Source: Octopus vulgaris (lineage: Eukaryota). Taken from it: 64,000 nucleotides of DNA. This document shows, one piece after another, positions 40,380-53,594 of the stretch (within the stretch, counting starts at the first letter, position 1; the number at the start of each line of letters is the position of its first letter). The notes beneath the pieces are model-generated. The model ran no database searches. It worked only from the letters and a program-made list of their open reading frames with translations, and had not been told where the DNA came from. The stretch lies in contig OX597816.1 in the NCBI GenBank assembly GCA_951406725.2, positions 167,276,001 through 167,340,000 on the forward strand, given 5' to 3'. Position numbers and translations under genes: made by a program.

Positions 40380-41440
40380 CTATTCACCATAACTCATAAA
40401 AGAAAATACTGGAAAAAGTAAAGAAATATGCCAACAACATATCCTCAGATCTATCTCTGATCTCCTGCCTACGAATATGAACCTAATGAAGTGAGACAGA
40501 TCAGATAATCCTGAGTACCCATTCTGCAGAGGCAGGCAGACAAAGCAACATGTTCTGAACTCTTGCAGAGTGGCACTAGCCCAAGGAAGATACATGTAGA
40601 GGCACAATCAAGTGCTTAAAGAGATCATGCACATAAATATGGCAAGAGTAAAACCAAGATTTCCAACAACATTCTACATGACAAGAAACAGAAAAATCAT
40701 GGCCAGGATGTCTTACAGGGTATGAGAATGGAGTCTTCTGAGTGGTGGGGATGACTGGAGGTGCTCAGCAGACCTTTCAGGATCAACAAAACCACCAGAA
40801 ATCATCAGGAAGGGTGGCTTGAGGCCGGATATCGTATTCTATTCCAGATCATTCAAGCAACAGATTTTGATTGAACTCACCATGCTGTTTGAAAATAGAA
40901 TAGAAGCACGTGTGTTCAAAGACGAAAAAATATGCCAGACTGGTCAACAGACTAAGCAAAGCCAACTTCTAGGTCAAGGTTCTTGCCATAGAGGTTGAAG
41001 CCAGAGGCTTTGGAGGGGGGGGAATCTGTTTATGATCTAATGAAACCACTCTCAGCCTCTAGGAAGAACAGGACCTAAGGCAATATCAGAGACAACAGAG
41101 AGATGCTCCAGCTGGATCTGGTTGAGGAGGAACGAGAATGACCTCCAAATTGCGTGAAGGCGATTTTGATATTCTAATAAGTAACTCGAAGTCATTGTGA
41201 AAGCGTCGGCATTTTACCGCTACCATGACAACCAACGTTATTTCTTCTTTAAGTGTAATTTTGAAAACTGAGTCAGCAGAGAGGGTTTCAACTAGATGAG
41301 ATCTCCAAGCAGTTTAAAAGCACAAATCTCCGAAATTCAAATGGCATCCAGGAGTCATGACCTGGATGTGGCCTGGACCCCTCAGAGTCTAAGTAGTTAA
41401 GAACTTAAACACTTGCCTGAGTGGGGCTTTCTCTTTGAAA
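40380..41440 (+). mobile_element. HERO-clade non-LTR retrotransposon remnant (CCHC knuckle, RLE and 3' UTR)
   Basis: Degenerate translation FC..RQT.QHVLNSC.VALAQGRY.*RHNQVL, DDWRCSADL, LRPDIV, ILIELT, AIEVEARGF, with multiple stops and frameshifts. Confidence 0.8.
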
Positions 41441-42173
41441 TCTGCTGCCATTCTGCTCTCTTGAGAGTTTAACACTGCTACAAGTTTGAATTCCTAAGCT
41501 GTAAGTTAGTAGGCCAATACTTAATCCACTTGGCTATTAGACTTACATGTAAATACAACATATGGACTAAATATGGAAAACGGATGGTAATTAATAAAGA
41601 AAGCAAATATACGGTTTATATGTAAAGTGAAAATATTTTTTTGTTTAATATATTTTATTCTGTGAGTAGTGCCATCAGAGGTTACCTGATCACAATTCTT
41701 TCACCAGTAAAATTATATTCTTTTAATTAGAACCATTTAAGTGCCTGGATTAAATATAAGAGTTTTATTTCTTACAATGAAACCATGGCAATTAATTATA
41801 CGTCATTAAATTTTTTTTTAGCTCTGACTCACTTCAACATCATTCACCTTTCCATGCTTGCATGGGTTGGACAGAATTTGCTGAGGTAGATTTTCTACAG
41901 GTAGATGCCCTTCTTGTCATCAATCTTTTATTCAAAATATATAATAAAAGTCATATTTCCCCAGAGCCAGACATATTTTCATGAGAGACTGGAATTGAAC
42001 AACACTTGTATAACAGTGATGCTCATTTACAACCACCAGGTGATGTCAAGATACAGCCACACACACACACACACCTGTTGTTAAGGATCAGTTTATACAG
42101 CCACCTGAGAGCTTACCATTCTCCATGATGTTCAGACATGAAGAAATGCCATCATATATTTTATATATATATA

Positions 42174-42586
42174 GGCGCAGGAGAGTGGCTGTGTGGTAAG
42201 TAGCTTGCTAACCAGCCACATGGTTCCGGGTTCAGTCCCACTGCGTGGCATCTTGGGCAAGTGTCTTCTGCTATAGCCCCGGACCGACCAATGCCTTGTG
42301 AGTGGGTTTGGTAGACAGAAACTGAAAGAAGCCTGTCGTATATATGTATATATATGTTTATATGGGTGTGTGTGTGCCTGTGTTTGTCCCCCTAGCATTG
42401 GTTGACAACCGATGCTGGTGTGTTTATGTCCCCGTCACTTAGCGGTTCGGCAAAAGAGACCGATAGAATAAGTACTGGGCTTACAAAGAATAAGTCCCGG
42501 GGTCGATTTGCTCGACTAAAGGCGGTGCTCCAGCATGGCCGCAGTCAAATGACTGAAACAAGTAAAAGAGTAAAAGAGAAAGAGTA
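42174..42586 (+). mobile_element. Full-length tRNA-derived CORE-type SINE (family 1, OR-like), representative copy
   Basis: A-box-like TGGCTGTGTGG and B-box-like GGTTCAGTCCC, a CORE-like CTTGGGCAAGTG, an internal (TA/TG)n tract and a (GTAAAAGA)n tail. Plus-strand copies at 19820-20204, 33632-34057, 35157-35425 and 55845-56205. Confidence 0.85.
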
Positions 42587-45500
42587 TATGTTGACATTAC
42601 ACACATACGTACACAATGGGATCCTTTCAGTTACTGTCTACCAAATCCACCCAAGGCTTTGCTAGGCCTGGAACTATACGATAATTACCCAGGGTACCAC
42701 ACAGTAGAACTGACCTGAAAACCACATGGTTGGGAAGCAAGCTACTCAATTACACGGCAACCATACCTTTGTGTGTGCGCACACACACACACACACACCA
42801 GCTTCATATAGTCTCCATCTAACAAATCCACCCACAGTTAGGGTTGACATAAACGACTTATCAAGGTACCCCACAATGGGACTGACCCTGAAACTACAGG
42901 ATTGTGAAATGAACTTAACCACAGAGCCTCACCAACACCTGACCTTTATATCACTGCTTGAACTAAGGTGTTGATGCTGCTGCTGCTACCAGGAAAGAAC
43001 TGAACCAAATTTTTACACTAATCTTTTATTTCTTATTTCTTTATTGCCCACAAGGGGCTAAACATAGAGGGGACTATGAATTGTCAAGTTCCAGAAACAT
43101 AAACACATCAACACCTATTTCTTTATTACCCACAAGGGGCTAAACACAGAGGGGACAAACAAGGACAGACACAGGGATTAAGTCAATTACATCAACCCCA
43201 GTGCATAACTGGTACTTAATTTATTGACTCCGAAAGGATAAAAGGCAAAGTCGACCTCGGCAGAATTTGAACTCAGAATGTAACGGCAGACGAAATACCG
43301 CTAAGCATTTCGCCCAGTGTGCTAATGCTTCTGCCAGCTCGCCGCCTTTATCCTTTTTTTCTTTCAGTCATTAGACTGCAGCCATGCAGGAATTTTAGTC
43401 AAACAAATCAACCCCAGTACTTGTTCATTTGTTTTAAACCCGAGACTTATTCTATCAGTCAATTTTACTGAATTGTCAAGTTCCAGAAACATAAACACAT
43501 CAACACCTATTTCTTTATTACCCACAAGGGGCTAAACACAGAGGGGGCAAACAAGGATAGACAAAGGGATTAAGTCGATTACATCGACCCCAGTGCGTAA
43601 CTGGTACTTAATTTATCGACCCCGAAAGGATGAAAGGCAAAGTCGACCTCGGTGGAATTTGAACTCACAACGTAACGCAGACGAAATACCTGCTAAGCAT
43701 TTCGCCTGGCGTGCTAACGTTTCTGCCAGCTCGCCGCCTTTTAAACATAAACACATCGACACCATTTGTCAAACAGTGGAGAGCATGGGCCAGACACAAA
43801 GCCACACACACACACTCATACAACAGGATTCCTTCACTTTCCATTCAACAGATCCACCCACAAAGCTTTGGTCAGTCCAGAGCTACAGCAGAAGACCCTT
43901 GCCCAAGGTGCCATGCAGTGGGAATGAACCCAGAACCATGTGGTTGGGAAGCCAGCTTCTCATCACACAGCCAGGCCTGCACCTATTATTAATGGTCATA
44001 ATTTTTGATAAGACATAATCTAGCATTTCCTTCTGTTTGTGCAATAATTCCTGCAGAGAAGCTTTTGCGGAAAGCCTTAAGTTTAGATAAACAAGGATGG
44101 AACTACAGCTGACTCATACCAAAAAATCTTTATATATCAATTTTAGCTGATGGATATTTTTAATTAATCTGTGCTACTGCCAGAGAAATTAGAGAACTAG
44201 TCGTTCCTACTTCACTGCTATGGTAATGTAGATGGGTTACTTTATAAAGACTTTGTTGAAATAGGCTAAGTTACAAAACATTGCAGAGATTCCAGCTTCT
44301 CTAGTAAAGTACAGCAAAGTGACTAAATTAGAAGTTAATGAATAGTTCAGCTTGGGTGAGTTTTAATTCCTTCACATCAAATTCTTTTAAATCAAATAAG
44401 TGGCGGGATTAAAAAAAAAATGTTAAAAAAATGGTATATTGTTTTATTTGGTGTCTAAAAGAATAAATGACAAAACAAAAAATAAAAAACAAAATTTATC
44501 ATCAGTGTTTTAATGTCTACTTTTCCATGCTAGCATGGATTAGATGAGAGTAAATTGGAGCAGAGATTTCTAGAGCTAGACACCCCTCTTGGCACCAATC
44601 CTTGTCAACACAACACTTTGGCAAAGTGTTTTCACATCATTTAACGTCTGTTTTCCATACAGGAATGGGTTGGATGGTTTGATAGGAACTGGCAAGACCA
44701 GGAGCTACGCCAGCTTCCATAGTCTGGTTTGGTGTGGTTTCCACAGACTATATATGCTTTTATTTCAATCACTTGACTGAGGCCATGCTGGAGCACCACC
44801 TTTAGTCGAACAAATCAACCCCCCCCTCCCCAGGACTTCTTTTGTAAGCCTAGTACTTATTCAATCGGCCTCTTTTGCTGAACTGCTAAGTTATGGGGAC
44901 ATAAACACATCAACATCGGTTGTCAAGCAATGGTTGGGGGACAAACACAGACTGACGGCACATGGAAAAACATTCGAGCAAGGTCATTGCCAGTGCCGCT
45001 GTACAGGTGGCACGTAAAAGCACCCACTACACTCTTGGAGTGGTTGGCATTATGAAGGGCATCCAGCTGTAGAAACTCTGCCAGATAAGATTGGAGCCTG
45101 GTGCAGCCATCTGGTTTGCCAGTCCTCAGTCAAATTGTCCAATCCATGCCAGCATGGCAAGCAGACGTTAAACGATGATGATGATAATGAACAAGCTTCT
45201 TTCAGTTTCTGTCTACCAAATCCACTTGCCCAAGGTGCCACACAGTGAAACTGAACCCAGAACCATGTGGTTGGTAAGCAAGTTACTTACCACACAGCCA
45301 CTCTTGCATACACACACACGTACTAATCTAGTCTAGGAGTGGTCGGTGCTTAAGCAGGTCTAGCAGTCTCTCTCTCTGACCTGGGAGGGCCCATACCCTC
45401 CCCTATTGTTAAATAGATTACAGGAACTTCAGCTTCCATGACTAGACTTGGAATGAATACAGGTGTAGTTGCTTTCTCCAGGCAGGTGGGATTTGAACTC

Positions 45501-45673
45501 AGCATATAAAGAGCTGGAAGATATACTGTAAAGTATCTCTGCTGACATGCCAACGATTCTGCCACTCTCCCACCCTCAGAGCAACATGAAGTGTTTTGCT
45601 CAAGAACACAATGTACTGTCCAGTCCAGAAATCAAAACTATAATTTACCGATCCAGAGTTCAACACCTTAATC

Positions 45674-45832
45674 CAGGGGTTGCCAAACTTTTTAGACCAT
45701 CATGGAATCCTTGACCTCTCATCAACCCCCAGGCATGTACAAGAAAATAGTTAGGTAGATGTGCATTTATCGACCCTTTGAATAATCCCATTGACCCCCA
45801 GGGGTTGATACTGACCACCTAGGAGACCCCTG
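45674..45832. mobile_element. hAT MITE inserted in a SINE head
   Basis: CAGGGGT...ACCCCTG termini with an approximate 8-bp target-site duplication (CCTTAATC / CCTTAACT). Confidence 0.7.
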
Positions 45833-46809
45833 CCTTAACTACTAGGCCATGTGCTTTCACTTAAATGCACACACATGTATGCATGTGTGCACATGACACA
45901 CAGTTTTCGGTTTCCATCTACCACATTGTCTGACAAGATATTAGGTGGCTCAGAACCATAGAAGACATTTTCCTAAGGTGCCATGCTGCGAGACTGAACC
46001 CGAATTCATGAGGTTAGAAAGCAAACTTCTTAAGCACACAGCCACCCCTGCATCTATCAGCTTAAAATACAGGGAAAATAAATTACTTTGTGTATGAGGG
46101 ATGACTTTAAAAATGAACTCAACAACATCGAAATAATTCTTTTTAAGTAGTGAAAATGTTAATCACAAACTCTGAAAAACTCTGCAAATGTCACTAGAAA
46201 TGCAAAATAGCCAATTTCTCACACAAAATGTAACATTACAAACAACAACACTGGGAAGAGACTAGATTAGTAAACTATTATTATTATTATTATTACTATT
46301 ATTATTATTGTAAAGTGTCATTGAAGCCATCTACTAGTTGAGGGGGAAGCTTAAAGTAAATGCCACAAGTATTATGAAAATAATAAACCCCATCACTAGA
46401 ATAATTACACCTGTAACGACTTTCAGTGTTAGAAATTAGAAACAGAATGACAAAGTTTTAGACAATGTGATTGTGAACAAAGGGGTAACACATGGTTGTG
46501 TGAGCAAATTCACTTTGCAACCACATGGTTTCGAGTTCAGTTCCACGGCAAAGCACCTTGGGTAAGTGCCTTCCACTATAGACCTGGGCCAAATACTGAA
46601 ACTGTGTGTGTGAGTCCCCCCCCTACCACCACACTTGATAACTGGTGTTGTTGGTTTATGTCCTATAACTTAGCGATTCAGTGAAAGGGACTAACAGAAC
46701 AAGTACTAGACTTAAAACATACATACTTAAGGGATGAGATTTGCTCAACCGTAAAACTAAGAGGATATAAACTGGAACTTTCCATGTGGGGTGTTGTGAC
46801 AGCCTAGGG

Positions 46810-47056
46810 CAGTACCTCTCAACCAAGGTCCATATAACCCTTAGGGATCTATCTAAGATGGGTTTTGTTAAAATTTATGTGCAATAAATTGCTTATACTT
46901 TGATACACCAAATATTTAAATTTTTTATGGAATTCCTAATAATATTTAATTCTAAAAATATAAGGCTTTTTTGAAACATCAAATAGCCATGAGGGTCCAC
47001 CAGTGTAAAACCGGAATCTAAGGGATCCGTGGGCAAGAAATAGTTGAAAACCACTG
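46810..47056. mobile_element. hAT-Charlie-like MITE
   Basis: CAGTACCTCTCAACC...GTTGAAAACCACTG termini, same family as 3414-4288. Confidence 0.6.
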
Positions 47057-47718
47057 GTCTATATTATCGTAGACATCAGTTAGGGGGTGCCATGAGGTTT
47101 TAAAATTTATATAAATGGCGGTGCCCCAGCATGGCCACAGCTTGTGAGCTGAAACTAAATAAAATTTTAAAAAAATAAATACAATTATCAAAAATGTCAA
47201 AAGCCAGCAGATAGAAGGGTGCAAAGTGGGATATTATGTGGAATGGTGTTGAAGACTTTTTTCCTCTGATGTTTCTTTATTTCTCTTATTTGAGAGAAAA
47301 AAAGGGTGTCTTCAGCATGCCATCAAGACCCTAAACTTAATGGCTGAATCCAACTTGTTCTCATCATCAACATCATTTAATGTCTGTATCCCATGCTGGC
47401 ATGGGTCAGATAGTTAGACAGGGGTTGGGAAGACCAGAGAGCTGCACCAGGCTCCAATTGATTTTTGGCATGATTTCTATGATTGGATGCCCCTCCTAAT
47501 GCCTCTTAATGTTGTTACTTTACAGAGTGTACTGGGTACATTTTATGTGGCACCAGTACAGGTTCTGTGTTATTATTCAACCCAAGGTCAGTCTGCCAGC
47601 CCATTTCCCACACTTAAATTGTTGATAAGTCAGAATGATAAGACTAAAATTGTATACATTTTTAAGTTGGTAGGGTGTAATCTGAGAGAATACTACCTAT
47701 TTCTTCTAGTAGGTCAAG

Positions 47719-47758
<40 letters not shown>

Positions 47759-48074
47759 TCCTCAGGAGCTTGCCTTATGGTAAGTAGAGCAATTAGTGAC
47801 CTAATTCAGAACAAATGAATTGGTAAGTCACAGCTGATACCATCATACCTAATAACACCCCTGTCCCCAATTCTAAGACAAGCTGCGATTTTAATTAAAA
47901 CCTATCAAAATTTCATGTAAATTCATGACTCCAAAACTAGCTCAATACGGTCAAAGGTATTTTACATGATTCATTATTTTCATATTTAACTTAAACAAAA
48001 ACTATATTTCAGAGATACACTAATAGTGTAATTACATCAGTAAAGAAACACCCTCAACCAAACTTTGATAGGTT

Positions 48075-48520
48075 TTGGCCAGTATAGGCCTAGGCCATGT
48101 CTAACTTAATAGCACCACCTGGAGAAGTCTTTTAGTCATATATAGGGCGCCATGGCCCACTCTGGCAAAGAGTTATTACTGTTGGAGACCATATCCAGAT
48201 ATAGGAGGTTGGTCTGGGATTTGAAGAAATTTGTCCAGTGGACTTTTGAATTTTATGGGATCCGTTTCCATTTTGACGTATTTTGGTATGGTATTAAAGA
48301 GAGCTGGACCGGTTGAGGTAAAGTAGTTGTGATGTCATGTTGCTATGTGTACTGAGTTTGATTTTTGTAGTGGGTGGATAGCCAGGGGGCCAAGTTTTGG
48401 ATGGATTTTAAAATTGATGCCAACATCATTTGTGCAAAACTGATGGAATATTTTCCACATCACACAAATGATGTAGCGTTCCTGGTAGCATTGGAGAGAG
48501 TAAAGACTGACTTTTAGAAG
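48075..48520 (-). mobile_element. L2/CR1-group LINE 3' remnant
   Basis: Minus-strand translation SLYSLQCYQERYIICVMWKI...GPALFNTIPK...FKSPLDKFLQIPDQP (consensus LYSLQRRRERY..GP.LFN.LP..FK..LD.FL..PDQP). Confidence 0.72.
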
Positions 48521-50175
48521 TATGTATAATACTACTACTGGATAGTACAGGGTGAAATCTGACAGTGGACAAGCTTTATGCTGTACTCTACTATATTCTT
48601 AACAGAATATACCAATAACTATATATGTCACACTGCATCGATAGTATACAGACGATCAATACTACACAGCAGCAGCACCATTTAACATGAGGTGGCAAGC
48701 TGGAGAGCTGCACCATGCTCTGACTCTACTTTGGCATGGTTCCTATGTCAGAATGACCTTCCTAATGCCAACCATTTTACAGAGTGCAATGGGTTCTTTT
48801 TTGTTTTTGCATTGCACCAACAGCAGTGAGGTCACCAAGCAACTTGCAAGACGAGACCCCCTGAACCAGGGGAGTAGTACTGAGGGACAGAAGTGTTTTG
48901 CATTAGAAGAAAGACTTGGCTTTCTCAGATGAAGATAGGAAAGATGATGTGACAGAGAGAGGACAGGGCTGTACACCCAAGTTATAGGGTGGTGTGTAAA
49001 GTGGATTAAACCAGGAATTTGGGAGAGTGGGTATGTGGGAGAATTCATAACATTGCTATTATACAAAAGTGTTCTTAGTCCAAAACGTTGCTTTTTCAGA
49101 AAATGAGAAAATAGTTTCACCATCTCCATAGCCAAAACCATTGTATTACACTTAGACAATTTTTGATATCATGGCACCTGAAGCAGCTGGAGATATGAGA
49201 GCTTGACCAAAAGACCCTGGCTATTGCAAGCAAAAATAAATATTGAAAAAACCTGCATTTGGCCAAATTTGGACATACGACAGTTTAACATAATAGCAAC
49301 GATAAGAAATTCAAAAGCGTATCTGTAGAAAAAAACCCAAAAAAGATCTGAGGTTCCAATGGCCAAAACCAAATATACTCGTATTTAGGTTTAGGGTGAA
49401 ATACAATATCTTAGTAACATTAAGCAAGTAGCAAAGTAAATGGAGTGAACATGTGTCCCCATACACTACATGCAAAATAGGTAAGGATCTGAGACAGGAA
49501 AGGCTGTAAAGCAATGCCTTATGATATACATTCACCTAACATGCCAGCATGGAAAAAAAACAAATGCCCCACCTCTAGCTTCCACTCTTTTGAAAGGTTA
49601 TGAATTACCCCACCTACCCACTTTCTCATATCCTTGGTCCACCCCACTATACATACCACCCTATAACTTGGGTGTACGGTCCCTGCTCTCTCTCTGTCAC
49701 ATCATCTTTCCTATCTTCTCCATCTGAGGAAGTCATGTCTTTCTTCTAAAGCAAAACACTTTTCTGTCCCTTATTACTACTTCCCTAGTTTAGGAGGGGG
49801 GACGAGCTTGTCTTGCAAGTTACTTGGTGCAATGCAAAAAGCACCCATTGCACTCTGTAAAGTGGTTGGCATTAGGAAGGTCATCCAGACATAGAAACCA
49901 TGTTAAAGCAGACAATTGGAGCCTGGTGTGGCTCTCCAGCTTGCCAGATCATGATAAACCATGCAACCCAAGCCAACATGGAAAATGGACATTAAATGAC
50001 GCTGCCACTGTGTGTATGCATGTATGACCCATGCCAGCATAGAAGGCAAATGTCAAACAATGATTATATATATATATATATATATGGATATATTTGGGGT
50101 ACTTAGGTCTTCTCAGGACTTAGTGCTTGCCTTTTCCATGGGTATGAGTAAGTATTTCATTTATGTCTTACATAT

Positions 50176-50236
50176 TTATCGCTGAGGAAGGGAAAATTCT
50201 TATGAATTAACCCCGAAATTGGGACTAATACGGTAA
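50176..50236 (+). ncRNA. Candidate type I hammerhead ribozyme within a Penelope-like terminal remnant (about 50090-50425)
   Basis: Stem I TTATCG/CGGTAA, core CTGAGGA, stem II GGG..AATTC-ttat-GAATT..CCC, GAAA, stem III ATTG-ggac-TAAT, and cleavage triplet ATA. Confidence 0.55.
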
Positions 50237-50422
50237 TAACGGATTTTTTTAGAAATTTCTATTGGCTTGTTTCGAGACACTTAAATTATAATGGTTATTG
50301 ACAATTTTGTCTTTTTGCCATTAGAATTTTTCTTTTGCCCTTATTTTATGTTATTTATAAATTTAACCTTTAAAGGTATTTTTTGATACGCTGGCCATTG
50401 ATAAAATATTTTCCTACATTAG

Positions 50423-50458
<36 letters not shown>

Positions 50459-50539
50459 CCAGGATGTAATAATGTGATACTTCAATTTTTTATAAATAAG
50501 GGCCTGTAGATGTGCAAGCTGAAACTTCAGAGTCATTGG

Positions 50540-50790
50540 TTGATAAATATGGAGACCTGAGAATTGAGATCGCTAAGATGTGGCAGCTACGAGAGTCAAA
50601 CATAAAGGTTGTGTCTGTTGTCATTTGAGCATCAGGTTCAATACCAACTAATCTGAAGAAACATCTGGAAACTTTAGAAATACCCTACAATCTAGGTGAA
50701 TTGTAAAAATTGGCATAACTTGAAACTGCATGCATATTGTGTAAAGTACTGTCTGTCAGAGGTCCTTGTTGTGACTTGATACAATATCTT
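50540..50790 (+). mobile_element. R4/Dong-like non-LTR retrotransposon 3' remnant
   Basis: Translation DKYGDLRIEIAKMWQ...KVVSVVI*ASGSIPTNLKKHLETLEI...ETACILCKVL resembles the R4/Dong C-terminal KY.DL...MW...VIGALG...GTA.ILRKVL motif. Confidence 0.7.
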
Positions 50791-51233
50791 CAATCAGTGC
50801 CGGTGGCACATAAGAGAACCATCCGAACGTGGCAGTTGTCAGCGCCGCCCCGACTGGCTGCTGTGCCGGTGGCACATAAAAAGCATCATCCGATCGTGGC
50901 CATTGCCAGCTTCGCCTGGCCTCCATGCCGGTGGCACGTAAAAAGCACCATCCAATCGTGGCCGTTTGCCAGCTTCGTCTGGCACGTAAAAAGCACCCAC
51001 TGCACTCATGGAGTGGTTGGCGTTAGGAAGGGCATCCAGCCGTAGAAACATTGCCAGATCAGACTGGGCCTGGTGCAGCCTTCTGGCTTCCCAGACCCCA
51101 ATTGAACCGTCCAACCCATGCCAGCACGGAAAGCGGACACTGATGATGATGATGATGAACATCATGATATTGGATACTGTACAATGTCTTAATAAATGGA
51201 AGCAATACCAATGATAAATTAAAAAACACTTAC

Positions 51234-51314
51234 TTTAGTTTTATCCAAAGGATTGGCAAAGTCCAAATCAGGAGCAATGAAAAGATAGCCCCATATTGAT
51301 GCCCTTCTTGAAGC
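51234..51314 (-). CDS. MPRIP: MPRIP/outspread-like gene, coding exon (equivalent to exon 2), start of N-terminal PH domain; 81 nt, phase 0-0
   Basis: The minus strand reads ...ttttaaatcAG|GCTTCAAGAAGG...AAAACTAAA|GTaagtg. It translates as ASRRASIWGYLFIAPDLDFANPLDKTK, matching the MPRIP/outspread segment (human, recalled: AKPIYGGWLLLAPDGTDFDNPVHRSR), and joins the 12748-12813 exon in frame. Confidence 0.93.
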
Positions 51315-53204
51315 CTGATTTAAAAAAAAAAAAAAGACAATGTTAGACAACAAAAACCAAATTTTCAGATTAAATTTACAAAATATTTACAAATAATAGT
51401 CATGAGAACTTTGCTAGATAAAGAGATTGAAATTTTCTCTTGTCTTTTCTCTTCATAATTATGACAACCTGAGATTTCTTCCCTGGAGATATTGACCTCC
51501 AGAAGATAAAACTGACCATTAAGTTTGGAACATAATCTATCCAAAATTGTACTTATGATGCGCCCTTTTAAAGCCTAGCCAGGCTGATGGGCCTGGTTTC
51601 CCGGTTTCTATGGCATATGTGTACCCCAGCTAGATGGGATGCCAATCCATCGCAGCGTTACTCATTTTTGCCAGCTGAGTGGACTGGAGCAACGGGAAAT
51701 GAAGTGTTTTGCTCAAGAACACAACGCGTCGCCCGGTACAGGAATCGAAACCACAATCTTACGATCATGGTGCTGACACCCTAACCACTTAGATCACTTA
51801 AAACATGACTTGTTTCATAGAACAGGTGGTCCAAGGTAGGTTGGTTCTGAAAGGGTTCAGCACATAATACTCTGACATGCAACATAAAACTATGCATGTG
51901 TGCAGTAGATCTGTAAAAAAAAACAAAAAAATACTGCATGTAATCTTTAGATGGTCTCTTAAAATGGCTAAATGCCAGTGAAACTGCTCCCAAACTAGAA
52001 TTAGTTTCTATTTTATGAAAAATGAGGGAAAGGAGTTAGAGCAAGCAATCATGAGAATCTATATGTGTGTGTGCGTGAGAGATAAGATTAAATTTACTAC
52101 ATTAAATAAAAGCAGAAGTTTGCCAGAAAGAAGATAGCTAAATAGATCAAGGTCAATACTAATATAGTTAATGATTTCTAAAGAAGTTTAATTATTGCTG
52201 AGAGAGACAGAGAGAACAAACAATGCCTTTTACATAAAAAAAGACAAAGAGAGATCTTAATGACATTTAGAGTTTTATTATTTAATTAGTTGCTAAATAA
52301 ATAACAAACAAACAAAAAAAACAGACTGAATTAATCAATCCAGTGTTATATCTAGCGGCTAAGTGCATTCATCCATTTTGAAGGCAGCAAAACGAAATTA
52401 GGAAACTTGGCTGCTGTTTCTAGCAGGCCATTTGACAACAGAGACTCCTTTATTCCGGCTACTGAATTAATTAGAACTAGTGTCTGTTTAACTAGTGTTT
52501 TGTATAATATAAGACACTTCAGATATGAGCAGACTTGTCTAGACTAATTAAAAATAATTATGCATGCGGTCATTATCTTTTTAATTGTCACTTTTTGAAG
52601 CTGGCATGGGTTGGACAGAGTTTATTGAGACAAATATTCTATGACCAGATGCCCTTCCTGTAACCAAGCCTCACCTATTTCCCAGCAAGGAAATATTTCT
52701 TCCATGGCCAGACATGCTTTTGCAGAATATTAGAAATGAATGACACTGCTTATATGTGACACTCATTTACAACTATCACAATGTCAATACAAGGAAATAG
52801 GAAGACCCACAAAGAGCTTCATTCAGTTTCTGTTTACCAAATCCTCTTAATCCAAAACAAGTGGAAGAATGGAAAAAAATGATGGTGAAACTGCACAGAG
52901 AATATATTAGAATTAATTAGAATTTAACTATATTTTAAAATACAGGAATACACTTGAGCAGTTTTGCAGGTGTTGTCACAAATTATGTTTATTCTGGCTC
53001 CAATTCTAAAAATAGTTTGTTTATAATTTAGGGTTGCGACAGAGCATTGTCTGTTAATAAATAAATTGATTGGTCTATGTTTGTGTATTCAGCTCATCTG
53101 GCAGTCATAAGAGAAGGTCACACATACAGAAATGAAACTCAGGAGACAAAATTTCAGTTTCAATAAAAACCATATCCTCTACATGTATTCTTTTTTTTTT
53201 AACA

Positions 53205-53594
53205 CTTTTTACTTGTTTCAGTCATTTGACTGTGGCCATGCTGGAGCACTGCCTTTAGTGGAGCAAATCGACCCCAGGACTTATTCTTTGTAAGCCTAGT
53301 ACTTATTCTATCGGTCTCTTTTGTCAAACTGCTAAGTTACGGAGACATAAACACACCAGCATCGGTTGTCAAGCGATGTTGGAGGGGGACAAACATATAC
53401 ACACACGTACATATATATATATATATATACACAATAGGCTTCTTTCAGTTTCCGTCTACCAAATTCACTCACAAGGCTTTGAATGGCCAAAGGCTATAGT
53501 GGAAGACACTTGCCCAAGGTGCCATGCAGTGGGACTGACCCTGGAACCATGTGGTTCGTAAGCAAGCTACTTACCACACAGCCACTCCTACGCC
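53205..53594 (-). mobile_element. Full-length family 1 SINE, minus orientation
   Basis: Reverse complement of 42174-42586. Other minus copies at 1950-2345, 16085-16460, 37440-37790 and 59815-60170, plus many fragments. Confidence 0.85.

Noticed and set aside
42174-42250. tRNA-like A and B boxes here and in other SINE heads
   Set aside because: They continue directly into SINE bodies and do not form a full cloverleaf, so they are not tRNA genes.
43593-44018. 141-aa ORF and many similar ORFs containing RHLPKVPRSGTEP or LQLDALPNANH
   Set aside because: These are recurrent translations of SINE and RTE-UTR consensus sequence, not genes.
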